Of a DNA stretch of 64,000 nucleotides, positions 27,801 through 42,060 are shown in pieces (within the stretch, counting starts at the first letter, position 1; each line of letters opens with the position of its first letter). The DNA comes from Podarcis liolepis (Eukaryota), in NCBI GenBank assembly GCA_965112155.1, contig OZ218098.1; one strand, written 5' to 3'. The notes beneath the pieces were generated by a model. It was not told the origin of the DNA. It did not search any database and was given only the letters and a program-made list of their open reading frames with translations. A program made the translations under genes and the position numbers.

Positions 27801-28249
27801 ACCATCTTGTGGGTTTATGTTCTTTAATCCACCAATACATATAATTTGCATTAAGTATTGAACATGAGTTTGATGGTTTGGCTCACTGACAGCTTCTTGT
27901 ATTAATCTACAAGAGAACTAACAGACAGATATAAAGGTGCTGGGGGGAGGGAGGGAGGCTAGAGCGGCCTTGATGTATGATTTGTAGCAATGCACATACT
28001 AGAAAGGCTCTTAATAGATCTGGAGGATGTTTGTTCTTTGAGTTATTAGTGTGGGTTAAGACGGAAGAACCTGGCTTATAGTCTCTGAACTAATATTATG
28101 CACTATATGAAAGATGCACACTGAACCTAAGAGTAGGACAAAATGATCTTTCTTTATTATTCTGTCCTTTTTTTACCACGATGTTAGCCAAATCAAATAA
28201 AGACCACTATTAGTATAAAACCATAAAATTAGAGAAAACTGAGCTGGCC

Positions 28250-28285
<36 letters not shown>

Positions 28286-31200
28286 TCAAAAAAGATTGAT
28301 TATTCTTGTCACTGTGTAATGACAGGGAGAAAAATAACAATATTTGTGCTTGGTGTGTTATTGTTGATTGCTGCAATTCTGCCCCACCCTCAATTTTGTT
28401 CAACACCCCCTTTAAATGATGGCTATTGATTTTGATTTGTGCAAGTTCGTTGGATTACAGCCAGTGAGTTTTAATATTCCACAGAGGTATGCATTTCACT
28501 ACCAAACACTACCTCCCTGAATTTACATCCAAACTCCTCAGGACACAGGGATAAGTCTGGAGGTCAGTTGGGCCAAAGCTATGACAGTAGAATGTCCAAA
28601 CACAACCCTATCATGTTGCAGGAGAGGTGAGACTCTGGAGATCTCGCCATTGCAGCATTTATGAAAATCAGAGATCCATCATGAATTTGTTATGCTTGGC
28701 ATGCAGTTAATCTCAATTCTTAAATTAAACTTCTGAAATAACCAAATTCTCCAAATGTCAAGGAAAGTGTTTCAGTTACTTTTGTGTGTGTGTAACACTT
28801 TTTCATTTAGGACTTTTGGGCTGACCACTTGATTCATAGTTCATAATTGAAGGTTTTATATTGCAATCTGCAGAATGAAAAATTGCAGCTGAATGAGGTG
28901 GCAATGAGGCTTCCTGGTTCAGTAGTGTGGGGAAATGGCCCGAATGGAAGAGATGTTCCACCACATCTGTCTATGCAAGCGAACACTTAGCGGAGCACTG
29001 CTTTTCTTCCCAATTGCTGGGTGGCAGATAAAGGAGTTGCATTTGGTATATTAAACCTTATGCAGGCTTATTGGAAGTAGTAATGCTGACTTGGACACAT
29101 CAGAGCAACTTCCTGACTATACTTTACAGCGTGGAGCAACAGTACATTTAATCTCTGTTCTTAAATCAAAGTGCACCGAGGGTGAATACCAACACGGATA
29201 TTTAAGGTCACAGAGTTCGTCTGGATTTACACCACTGTGGGGTATGTGCAAAATATCATAAGGGCCGACAACAGCAAAGAGCGTTAATAAACAGATGCAA
29301 ATGTGTCTAGCGCTTGACGCTATATCTAATTAAACTCTCAATTATTTTAAAATAAAAAAATTCCTTCCAGTAGCACCTTAAAGACCAACTAAGTTAGTTC
29401 TTGGTATGAGCTTTCGTGTGCATGCACACTTCTTCTCAATTATTTATTATGGAATCGCAAAATGGATTAAAAATGTTGGGAAGCCCTCACCCTACATGAT
29501 CCACCTTTTGTGATGCTCTTCAATTACTGGGGGAGGCCAGTATGTTCTGGTCTTCAGCTTAAAAGAGGCTTTGAACCCTTACTGGAGCCAAGTAATAACA
29601 AAGATACCAGGGATCTTCACAAGACTGAGATTTCCTCTGAGCAGAATGATCTAATCTGAAGCTCAGTTATGTAAATCGCCGATCATCTATCAGCATTTTT
29701 TAAAAAATAAACCATAACCCAAATTTAGCCAAAGTTTTGATTCCTAAAATGCTTTGCATGTTCACTCATGCTGTTTGGAAGGCACTACCATATTCCCCTC
29801 ATGTTATGTGCTCTTAAACAGCTGCGTGGCAAGCCTCTTTGGCTGCATTCACACATAACATTAAACCAAAGACAACACAAGCTTGGAAGTAAAAATACAA
29901 CAATGGTAAATTAAATAGCTAAAAATGTGGTGTCCTTTCAGGGCACCCAGAATCAGCTGCCTAAAGCAACAGCATCATTCCACAGAGAGGCTAGTGCTGT
30001 TAAAGCAGGAAGAGTATGTGCCTGCAAAATTTGGCATGTTTCTCTTTTAAATACTTGAGAGAATATGGTGATCATCTGTTTCTGAATATTTTAAAGGCAC
30101 GGGTTCTACATTTTTGTACATGTGTGCCCTTCACATTTAACCAGAAGTGTGAATATTTGGCACACAGGTGACCCACACCTGAGGATAAAATTGAGCATGT
30201 GAAGCGACCTTCTGTGGTAAGGATACTTCACTCTGTGTATTCTTAAATAAACTCTCTTTGCTGCTGTTTTGTTTCATGTGTCGGCAACGAGCCCAGGCAC
30301 TGAAAATAAGCCAGAGGGTTCAGGCCTAAGCCCTACCGGAAAAAGAAGTGAAGATGGCATTGGGAAGAGGCATGCATCAAATCCTTGGCCAGGTAGTACA
30401 TTCTTCTCTCTGACTGAATGTCCAGATAGCACAAAGTGACAACTGGCGTGCTCAGATAATAGCATCTCCTTCGTGAGAATCCCTCTGCTATTTATGCAGG
30501 GAAGAGAAAGTGTCAGTGGAACAGAGGAATCACAACAATACCTTCCTCTGTCTGAAGGAGCAGCAGTTCAGTTATATTTAGCTTTCAGATGAATAACGCA
30601 GCAATTAGCAATGAGAAATTGCTTATTTTGTGAAAATGTCCCCTACATAAATGGAATTCTGAAATTAGCAAGAACCACCCTAAAACTGCAACTGGAAAAC
30701 TATATGGCATGTGCCCTTAAAGGGGTAGCATTTCCTATGACATTTGGGACAATTGGCAGGGCTTGCTCAAGCGATTTTGCAACATTAGATGGAGTAAGCT
30801 TTTGTCATTTGTTCTCACCCCAACCCTTTGAGTATCACCATGTTCAATGCCTGAATAGCAAAAGACCACACTTTTAAAATAGATTGTTAGCAATCTAGTA
30901 CAACTATGTTTTTTCATTACATTACTCAAGGTAGAACATGCCACTCAAATATTGAATAACATATAATGCCTGGTATTATTAGACACACATACTTGCTAAA
31001 GTTATTGAAAGTTACAATTGTTGGAACATGCACACTCATTAAAGTGTACACATTGCTTTCTGGCTTCCTTTTGGCTAACAAACAAGAGCGGAGGAAATAA
31101 CCAACACCAACGAAAAGATTACTCAGGAATGAGGAACAGGTCAGCAATAGAATCTGTATCAGAATCAGAGTTTCATGGGAACTAAGAACCTTGTTTTCAG

Positions 31201-34200
31201 CCTGATATCCTAAGGATATTTATTCTGATATCTCACTCATTTCTCTTTACATTTGAAAGGCTGTTAACATCCTTGTTCTATGAAGACTTATTACGAAATA
31301 ATTTTAACGAGACTTGCTTAAAACAAATTTTAACGAGACTTGCTTGCAATAAAATCTGCACGAAAATTGCAGCTCTAACAGTCTGCCTAGAAAAGCCTGT
31401 GGTGTCTCACACATGCACAGAAACCATGTGCCACAATGTCCCTGCTGCTGCAACATTCCCACCCTGACTCTGCGATTCTGGAATATGCTTCCAGAATACT
31501 GTTCTCTCTCATTTGCTACCCCAAGCAATCAGTTGGGTGGGTTGGCTGGGCCCGAAACTTGACATGTATCCATATGATCCATACTTCGAGAGGTGACCCA
31601 TAAGGCTGACACTCTGAGAGGTGAGTCCTCTTGTACAAACTTACTTTTCTGTCATTGTGCTCAACGTGTTCACCTTCATAATCTCCCTTTTTTAAAAAGA
31701 AAAGACGAGATATTATGCAACAAATCAAATATGGCATGTGTTATTTTCTTCTTGTATACATGCAAGACCAGTAATTATGACAGAGAAAGACACGACTTTA
31801 GAATTAGCAAATCATGTCCTAGGCAAGCCTTTGCTAATCTCATGTCATCCATTTTTTTCAGCGAAAACTCCCACCAGCTCCAGCCAGAACAGCTAAGGCT
31901 GGGACTGAAGGGAGCTGTTCAAAATATCTAGAGGACACCAGGCTTGCAAGGGCTAAGGCCCTCCCTTTGCAGACTGGGCAACTGCTCTAGGGGGAATAAC
32001 ATTTTTATTCATCTATTTTAAAAAGTATATCCCACTTTTCACCATGTAGGTCTCCAAGCGGCTTACTACAATAAAAACATGCAAAATTAAAAACATGAAT
32101 CAAATCTCCAAAATTTAAAACCTCTAAAATCGAGAAACGCAAAAAAGAAGGGGAAAAAGAAGTACAGTGGTGCCCCGCAAGACGAATGCCTCGCAAGACG
32201 AAAAACTCGCTAGACGAAAGGGTTTTTCGGTTTTTGCGTTGTTTCGCTAGACAAATTTCCCTATGGGCTTGCTTCGCAAGACAAAAACGTCTTGCGAGTT
32301 TGTTCGCTTTTTTCTTAAAGCCGCTTGAAGAGGCGCAGTTGCGACTGACCGTGCTTCGCAAGACAAAAAACATCGCAAGACAAAAAGACTCGCGGAACGA
32401 ATTAATTTCGTCTTGCGAGGCACCACTGTAAAACATCTGAGAAGCATTCAGGTACAAAGGGCTCCTGAAAGAACACAATACTGACCAGGCAACTAAACTA
32501 AAGAGGGATGGTGCCTGTCTGACTTCTTGTGGGAGGGGGTTTCATAGAACTGAACCCACAACACTGAAGGCATGTTCCCTACCAGACTTTTAGAAGACAT
32601 CTGAAGGCAGCCCTGTTTAGGGAAGCTTTTAATGTTTGATGTATCATAGTATTTTAATATTCTTTTGGAAGCCACCCAGAGTGGCTGGGGTATAAATAAT
32701 AAATTATTATTATTATTATTCCCTTGTTGGCTTCTAGCCCACAGGGAACCACTAATAGTACGCCCACCACGACCTCAGTGACGTATCTGGGGTGCTCAGG
32801 GTAAAGTGGTCCATAAGGTGTTCAATGATTTGCACTCTAGTCTCTAACCTGGCCCAGTAGCAGACAGGAGGCCAGTGCAGTGGTGTCATGTGTTGGCAGT
32901 AGTCTGTTCCCATTACCAGTGTAGCAGCAGCATTCTGCATTGGCTGAAATTTCTAGACCAGACCGAAGGGCAGCCCTACATAGAGAGCACTGCAATTATC
33001 CTGTCTTGAGATTACCAATGCCTGAGCTACTGTGGTCAGGTTATCCCTATCCAGGAATGGGTATCCCTATCCAGGATTGTCTATTGTTTGAGCCTGAGTT
33101 TTCCCACTGCATGCTGGAAGTGATTCACAAGAACAAGAAGACTAAAGAATGTGCCCTGTTAAGAGCATTTCATTCCTTCATCTTTTAAAGTCACCTAGTG
33201 CCAGGTATAACACAGCAATGCTGGAGATCGCCGCCTTAGTTTCTGTAGACAGGAGTGTCTACATTGTCAGTTGACACATGCATGAAAGTAAGCTGCTGCT
33301 TATGAGACCTCCTCCTACAGTAACTCCACAGAGTGTCTAAGCTGCTACAGGTTTCTCTGGCTTGGTTTGAAAAAGCCACGAAACAGCAGTCACAAGGTGA
33401 ACTGGTACAGGAAAAGGGGGGCAGTAGCAATATAAGGTGATTCTTTTTTAAGTGCAGAAAGGAATGAAAGAATAGGACCAGAGGCAGATTTCCACATTAA
33501 TAATAAAAAAATATTTCTACCCAACACTTTGAAATGCATTCCTTTTTAATATAAAGCTGGACAACCTAAAGTAGGGGTCCAGGTATAGCCCCAGGATCAC
33601 TGAGAAGCAGGTCTCAGTCTTCTTTGGGAATGTATTATTTCGACTTTAGTGTTAATATTTAAACTGTTTAAACATATTGCTGGGGAAACACATCACATTC
33701 ACACATAATAAACACATGTTGTAGTTATTATTGTTATTAGTACCATCATCATCTTCAAGCACCCAAAGTAATTAATTATATTGTGAAATATGAGTATACA
33801 ATCTGCAGCCTTTAGATAGTTGATAACGATGCAGCAACAGGGTGGCCACTCCTGGATGCATGTACATATGATTTAATACGTAGCCTGTGTTTCAAGTCAT
33901 ATATAACCAATCCACCTTTACAACATACTGCCCATTGAGAGCATGTGTTGCATTTATTAGGAGTATGTCAAGGAGATTTAGATCAGGAAACCAGCTACAT
34001 GGTGCCACGGATATAAATATGTATCAGCAATCCCAGTGTCCTTGGCAGAAGAAGGTCAAAAGCATGGTTGTTTGCTGAGCGGGTCATTTGCTGAGTCATT
34101 TTTACGGCTCTGATTCATATACAGCTAAAGAAAGTTATTATTTGTGTTACAACACCAGTAAAAAGTTGGCCTGAAGAAATTGCTAAAATGTAATATGCAA

Positions 34201-37200
34201 GCAGAGCAGGAGGATGCTGGGCTCCTGAAAGGCTGAAGATGTTTAGGATAGTGTCATTCATACCTAACATGTTAAGGATTCTTGGTATCAGCTTCTAGAA
34301 ACATAAAATATATTCCAAGACCACTTACATCATGCAAGGGATATGCAGCACTGTAAACGCCATTGGCAAGCAGACTGGTGATCCCTGGAAAAACAACAGA
34401 GGATATCTATTTATGCTTCCAAGTCTGAATTCCCTCACATAAACCCACTTTTCAGTTCTGGAGATTTCTCTCTCAAAACATCAGCAATTTTGTTAGAGAC
34501 TGAATCTGACCCATTAATTTGCCTTCACAGCTTTTTGAATGTATAGATTATTAAACATGATTTGTTTTAAGAAACGGAAAGCCGTGGAGAATCAGAGGAA
34601 GTCATACGCTGCGGAGTCAAGAGTTTAGTCATTGCAATAAATTACACAACCTGAAGCTTCAAGTTGGATTTGAAAAGCAAGCCCATAGGTTTGGAAGTAG
34701 CAAAAGGCGAGGTTATCAGAAAGAGGAGAGTTCAGCTGGGAATGACCACCAGGGGTGTCAATAATAGCCATCCCTCCCACTCTCTTACACATACATCCAC
34801 AGAAAAGAGTTTTAAAAATCAGATTTAAGCTTGATTAGAGAAGCTGTTTGGAAAGCCTTTGGAAAGACCTTGGTATTATACTTACCATATTTACCACATT
34901 TTCGTCTTTTATTTAAAAGGGTAGTTTCCTTCTTTCTTCCCTCTCCTTGCCCTGTTTACACATTTGTCTATTAGTTGTATGATTGAGCAGTTACAATGTT
35001 TGTGCGATGGGGACTCAGAGGAATGTATATTATTTCTTCAGGGGAATCATCTTTAAAATTTGAAATTGAATAAGAGAGTATATATCAGGCGCTCCTGTAA
35101 GTATAGCTGGGATTTTGCAATGGGTGAAGAATGCGCTTAGAAATTTTAGCTTGCCACAGAATTCCAGCGACTGCTTACTTACAGACTCTTGGAGACTGCA
35201 GTATTTGATTGCTGGATGTGTTTTTCATTACAGCTGCTGGCATTAATATAGCTGCTTCCAAATACGGGATACCTGACAGACTTTGAAAGGGTCATGTTAC
35301 CTCAGAAAACATGCATGCTGATTCTGATACCCTATCTACAATGGCTTGGATCTAGTCAGCAAAACCAATATTAAAAAGCAATATGAAAACAGCAGTGTGG
35401 ATATTGACATGATAACAAGGCATTGGACAGGAATATGAAAACATACAGTGTGATGTATTCTGTGAGGGGAAATATTTTCAGTTTCGCACCCCTAGGTTCA
35501 TTAAGCCCATTTTTTATCCTCAGAGTTATTTCACTGATAGGATATTTTGCATCAAGAAGAAATACTAATGCCACAGTCTACAAAAGTTATTTGTTGCCTC
35601 TTGCAACAAACACTATTTCCAGTTGCATGCTGATATTTCATCCAATTCTGTATTTCTACTTAAACCTTCTGCAAATTATTTAGAGTATTCATGCTCAATA
35701 ACATGGAACCTGGGATACCCTGAACCAATTTACTTAGAAGACTAAAGCATGGAATTCACTTGAATTTGTTGTACAAAGAGTAACATACACATGCACATGA
35801 ATTTATTAGCAGTGAAATTGCAACCGAAGTTAATTTCTTTGGCCAAGCGAGTCTTTTGCTATTGTTTGTTTAGAGTACTTAAAAGAGTGAAGGTGTAGGT
35901 GAATACCTCACCATAAGAAAAATGATAATCAAGTTTTATTGCCTTAGCACTGCTGGCACATTGTTATGTTTATGGCTGTAGATGGCAAATGAAGGGCTGA
36001 GTCTATTAAATGCCAAAGACCATCTGTGCAGTTGTTACTAAAAGCTCCCAGTTCATCAGAAGCTTCGATCATGCTCTGAAGAAGAAAGAAAATGCCAACA
36101 CTGCTCATTTGTCTAGCATCATTAATTATTTGCACAATGGCTCCCTGCCCCTCCCAGCGCCCACAGGAAACAAATCAGTAAGTGTTTCTGTTAAGCATTA
36201 AAGGGTTGGGAACAACAAGCCCACACCTTGACAAAAGATTTGACAAAATGTCAATGGATGACCTACTCAAGTGGCAGACTTAGGCTAGTTTTATTAGAGT
36301 GGAAAATCTATTGCTGCAACCCCACAAGAAATCACTTCATTTAAGTGATTTTTCCTGGTTTGACAAGCCCCCACCCTACACTGATGTTGCTAGTCAATCC
36401 ATTCAAATGAGGATCACATAGGAATATAGGAAGCTGCCTTATACTGAATCAGACCATTGGTCAGCTACATCTACCACTGTCTATGCTGCCTGGCAGTGAC
36501 TCTCCAGGATTCTACCCCAGCCCTAAATGGAGATGTCAGGGACTCAACATTGAATCTTCTGCATGCAAAGCTGATGTTCCACTATTAGGCTATGGCCTTT
36601 CCTCATTGGGGGGCTCTTATGTTTCCAATGAAGGTTCCGAGGATGAAATCTGCTGAAAAGTGCTCTGGGTGTCAGTCACCTGAAAACTGAGAAATGTGGA
36701 AGTGTCTTGTCAGATTTTGGAGTTAGTGACATCTTGGAAGTTCATTTCAGATTGGCTGTTGATCCTAACCAACTTCACACTTTGATATACTGTTAGGATT
36801 ATATAAAATGCAGTCCCAGACAGCATTACATCACTTTACATCTTTTGAAGAAAGTGCCCAACCATTATTTTTTAATCAAGCTGTGCACACTGGTGTTCCC
36901 CACCTTCACATCCACTTCTGATGGAAGGAATATATAATTTATCAGACCACTTTCTCTGTTAATGTAGTCATGATTGTTAGGCCATTTTGTGACCACAACG
37001 GCAAATTGATTTGTAAATGCTATGATCAGACATAGGTAAAGGAAATGATTTCTTGAAACCTCATTTCTCCTGAAAGAAAAAAAATCACACATCACACTTA
37101 CTTTCTTAAAACAACACACAAGCTTTTAAGCAAGGGTTGATTCCATGAATATTCCTGGTTGGTTACAAAATCAACCAGTTTGATTACTGTTGTTGTATAA

Positions 37201-40200
37201 AGCATGTACAGACCATAGAGAAACAAAGCCAGCTTGGCACATGCCACCAATGCATCAAACTCTACAGTTTCCTCTAACACAGTGCCAAGACTCAGGCATA
37301 TGTCTGTATATTCCAATACAGACTGTAAGGTATTCCCTACAACAAGTTTCTCAATAGCATACCACTGAAGGAAGAACCTCCATTAAAAAAACCCCACATT
37401 ACAGTGTCTTAAAGGCACAGCAGAAGCCACTCAACTAGCATTCTGATTTGATTTGTACTTTGTAAGTTGCCTTAATAGGGCTTTTAAAAGCAAAAAAAGC
37501 AGGGCATAAATTATTTTATGGAATAAATAAAATACTTAACAAACAAATAAAGAAGTGTATAAGAGTGCTATGGGAAATGTTGATCAAATGGCCCAGTTTA
37601 AGCCAGGGATTGATAAATACTCAAAACTTAGTCTTCCATTATTTGAAAGTTGTTTAATCAGTCTTTGTGCCAATATTTGCACATGCATAGCAGTAATCCG
37701 GTTTCCCATACTTGTTTTTAACACCCTGTGGGTGAATGGCTTGCCAGAATAGAAATTACAATAAATTTCAAAGGTTAGCTTTGATTAGAGTAGCGCAGTG
37801 AGAGATGCACACAAAGATTAAAAGCCTAAACACACTTACTAGGGAGTAAGTCATATTAAACACAGTAGGACTTACTTCCAAGTAAACATGCATAGGACTG
37901 TACTGCACATGTCTTGTTTTGAGACCTGGCAGAATTATATCCAAAGAGCATGGGAAATATGGCATGTATCCATAAAAGGTTGATGGCCTAAAAACAGAGA
38001 GATGCATAAACAATGTGAGTGTATGCAATATATTGGTTTATCATATATTGGTTTATCATATAAGTATATCAGCTGAGTCTCTCTCCACAAAATCAGTTTA
38101 AGCAGTTCATAATCTCTGCAAGTTAAAATCACACAAATCACTCTCGGTTACATGAACTATATTAGACAAGAGAATAAAAAAACTTGCAAACTCTTCACAC
38201 GTAAATTTCAAATATTCTGGAATCTGGAAAATATGCTGATCTGCAAGCTAAATAAACTTTCTTACCCATGCTATATTTGGCTTTGGTGCATGTAGTTCTT
38301 TTCAATATTTCATAAACCTACAAGGGGAAAAAATGGTTTTATAAACACCAGGTCACCTGTAGCCCTTGGGAAATTAGCAGTAAGATTTTGATTGCATACC
38401 GATCAAATATAAGCACTGGCAGGTTTAAGTTCTTGAGCACCATCATCGAATATTAAGAATTTGCAATTATTTCAGCACACAGGAATTAGGAGCTTTGTGC
38501 AGTATGGGTAGAATTCAATAAGGTGAGCATTCCTTCTCCTTTCCCTGCTGGCTGCCCCAAATCTCCTCTGAACCAGATTTGCTGAAGGATGCTAGCCGGG
38601 GTAGGAGTAGAGGAGAGGGAGGGAGGGAGGGAAGTCTTGCTATGCAAGCAGAGATCCTTGCACTAATGGGGCATGGTAGGTGAATACCTCCCCGTGTCTC
38701 TTGCTTTGAATGCCATTACTGACTCTTCGGTTGCTCTCCCCCCCCCCTAAGGTTGATAACCATACCTTCCCATATGTGTACATTCTGCTCCATGAGTTAA
38801 AAATCACTGCAAATGTCCACTTCTGGGTCACCACCCTATAAACTATAGCCATTGCCATGTATGCCAGATAGTAACCATACATATACTGTATTATTTCTAT
38901 AGTATTACTTCTATTATTCAGGAGTTCCCTGAACAACAACAACAACAACGGTTCGCTCGCAACTCCCATCTGCCCAATTGAGTTGGATGATTCATCCATG
39001 TTTGTGGTTCCTTGACTTCCAAGGTGCAGGTTCAAGCCAATTAAAACATTCCAAAACAATAGGCTCTTTTCCCACTCTAATGAGCCCCAAAGTGGTGTAC
39101 TTACCTTCAAGTCTAGGTATACATTTGGAATTTAGCTGAAGTCATTCTTTCTGTTTTGCTAAGCACTGTTTTGTTTAAACACGTACCGTTTTAGCATTGT
39201 GGCCATGTTTGCATTTTGGATAGATTTTTGTGTGTCAAAAATAGAAGTCATATAATTAGTGGATTGCAGCTGGATTATCACGCCATGGAAACAAACAATA
39301 AAGAACTATACTTACTAACTATTCTTCCTTTGCAAAAAACCCCAAAAAAACAAAAAACCTCGAAGGATAGTATTTCTGGCAGAATTGATACTTAAAGAGT
39401 TTAAAATGAAAACTAAAAAAGGGTTATTTATAGTTTATAAATGTTAACATTTTAAAATACAGATATAGAGAAAACAGCAGTAAGTGAATTTCGCTATTTA
39501 TGGTGTTGATTGTAAGGTATATACATATCTTGTCCTTTATATTTATTTGAAGCTTGGTATAAAATCAAGAGACTTGTTTTCAACTCCAATCTTAAGTAGT
39601 TTCTGCATTCATTTGCTCATTTATTTAAGCCTTAAATTTTAAAGGGAGTTGTATGCTGCCCTTCAAAATACAATATTTGCAAGGTGGAAAATCTAGATAG
39701 AAATAGTTTTACATTATACAGAATTAATGAATTCCGACAAGCATCTCACCAGAGGATTGTTCTTAAAAGATGCTCCACATATTAGCAACTTCTGTTCAGT
39801 TATTTAAAACAAAATTAGGGCTAATGGCTTGTATCCAAGTCTAGTCCTACACAAAGTAGACCCATGGAGATTAATGGAACCTATTGAGGGTCATTAATTG
39901 CAATGGTTTTAGTCTGAGTAGAAGTAGCATATATTACCCACATCCCCAATTAAAGTGGCAATAGATAAACGTTGTTAACAGTTTACTTTTCTCTTTGCAA
40001 ATAACATAAAGGAAAGAAGGCAGCATGAGTAAGGCTAGTTAAGTCTATATGGGAGAAAAGGACCAGTACTGGATTACTGAAGGAGCCACAGGAAGTGAAA
40101 GATGACATCAGCATACGAAAAATGTTGACATTATGATATATGATATATGATATATGAGAGTGCTGGATTATTGAGGACTGATTAAGGAAAGGAGGGAGAT

Positions 40201-42023
40201 GGAAGGACTCCATAGAGGAAGTATTTTAAAAGCCTTTGTACAGACCCTTTCATCCCATAACATCTGACAAGACAAGAGGACCAACCATAAACTGGATGCT
40301 ATTCATTAGTGACTCATTAAAGGGCATGGGAGTGCCCTTGAGTTTACAAAAAAAGTCCCACTATTATAAATTCTACAATTTATAAAAATGACACTTACTG
40401 AGCTAATAACTGAAAACCTTGTGTACATGATCAAGCTGATCCACTAAAAATTGCCACAGCAACAGCAATTTTAAAGGTGCTGAAAATCAGCACATTTATA
40501 TTTTTTACTCCAATTTCAAAATGTATTTCTTTCCAGTTTTCCAAAAGTGGCTGATGCATTTTATTCAGGCTTGCTGGGGCATGTGATCCTTCAATGGTTT
40601 GGTGAACTTCTGAGCAGCCGTTTTTTTCATTCAAGTCTATGACAACTTCTGGTGCAATAAGGTGATGCGTGCATAGATCAATTTTTGAAGTTATTTTTTT
40701 GGCCAGGAATACAATGACTGTGGAGGGAACCATATTGCAGATGCTATGTGCAATGTCTATTCTAATATAACATGGCCACATTTGGAAACGAGAAACTCCT
40801 GTGGGCACGACACAAATTCAGATGGGGAGGATGCAGTGATGGGGACAAAGATGTCTCGTATACTCTTGATCCTGCATGTTTTACCTCCATCAAGAACCTC
40901 AGATTCTAAGGCAATTCTAAATGCCTTGCAACATACCTGCTGGTGGAAATCTTAACATAGCAAAGAATGAAAGCTTTTCTCCTGGTCATGAGCACTTCCA
41001 AATCCATTGCACATCATTGACAATCATGGGTCATGTGTGTTAAGGCATCAGCCTTAGCTTCCAGCTTCCTTGATTTGTGGAGCCAACATGTGTTGGCCTT
41101 AACTCATGACTTTAAACCAGCAGGGTTTTTAAAAATAAATAAATCACTGAACAGTTATTCCTCTCTTCTTCACCATGCTAATAGTCCACTCAAGAGTAGA
41201 CAAGAGCAGCTGGAAATTGGAGCATTCTCTTGTTTCTGAGAAATGGGGAAGACAACAAAGGACCCTTCTTCCATGTTTAAGTTTGCTATGGAACATCACC
41301 CGTCACCACTGCAAAATCATGAAGTCCTGGGAGGTAAGAAAATGTTCCCCTCAGTTGTCAGATGAGGAGCTGAGAAGAAAAGACTTTTAAATGAGAAAAC
41401 TAAATGAATGCTTCTGAACTGTCTGTCACGCAATGCTAGGGATGGGAGTGACTAAATATTGACCTATTTAGTTAATATTATAAGAGAGCTTAGAAATGAA
41501 CGCTGGATGGCAACTTCAGGGAAGAAGGAAAACAAGTGACTAAAAAGGGGGAGGGCTGGCCAATTGCTGTCCCCTGCTGAAGAGAATGTATTTACATAAC
41601 CGCATAAAAAATTATACGCTTCAGTTACAGTTATGTATTGTTTATTGATAAATGCAAAAGGAAGCACAGAAAATGTTATCTCTTTCCCACGGATTCTTTC
41701 TATGGTTGTCTTTCCACTTGATGAGAGTAAACACGTTCTGGAAAGAAAGGAATGGTTCTACTCATCCTCAGCCCTTATTTGTCAGCAGTGCATAACTAGG
41801 CCTGGGTATGGGAGATTTCTTCCTATTTCAATGGATCAGTGGCTCACAGCTGATTTTAATGGATCAGTGGTTCACATGGTTGTCCAGTGTTCACTGAATT
41901 TTTCTGATTTCAATTTCAAAAAGAGAGCTGTTGTCTGGGGCCACTCTGGAACATGTGCTTGTGGTGGGGAATCTCTTTGTTGTGAATATGCCCAAGAGCC
42001 AGCTCACAGGTATTCTATGTTAC

Positions 42024-42060
<37 letters not shown>

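Noticed and set aside
34092-34098. Isolated AP-1 sites (TGAGTCA/TGACTCA here and at ~6827, ~40309, ~42217)
   Set aside because: A 7-mer at about chance frequency in 64 kb, with no supporting cluster.
38026-41876. Short tandem duplications (tatattggtttatca x2 at ~38030; aatggatcagtgg x2 at ~41830-41876; also ~25231 and ~60471)
   Set aside because: Ordinary replication-slippage duplications with no further structure.
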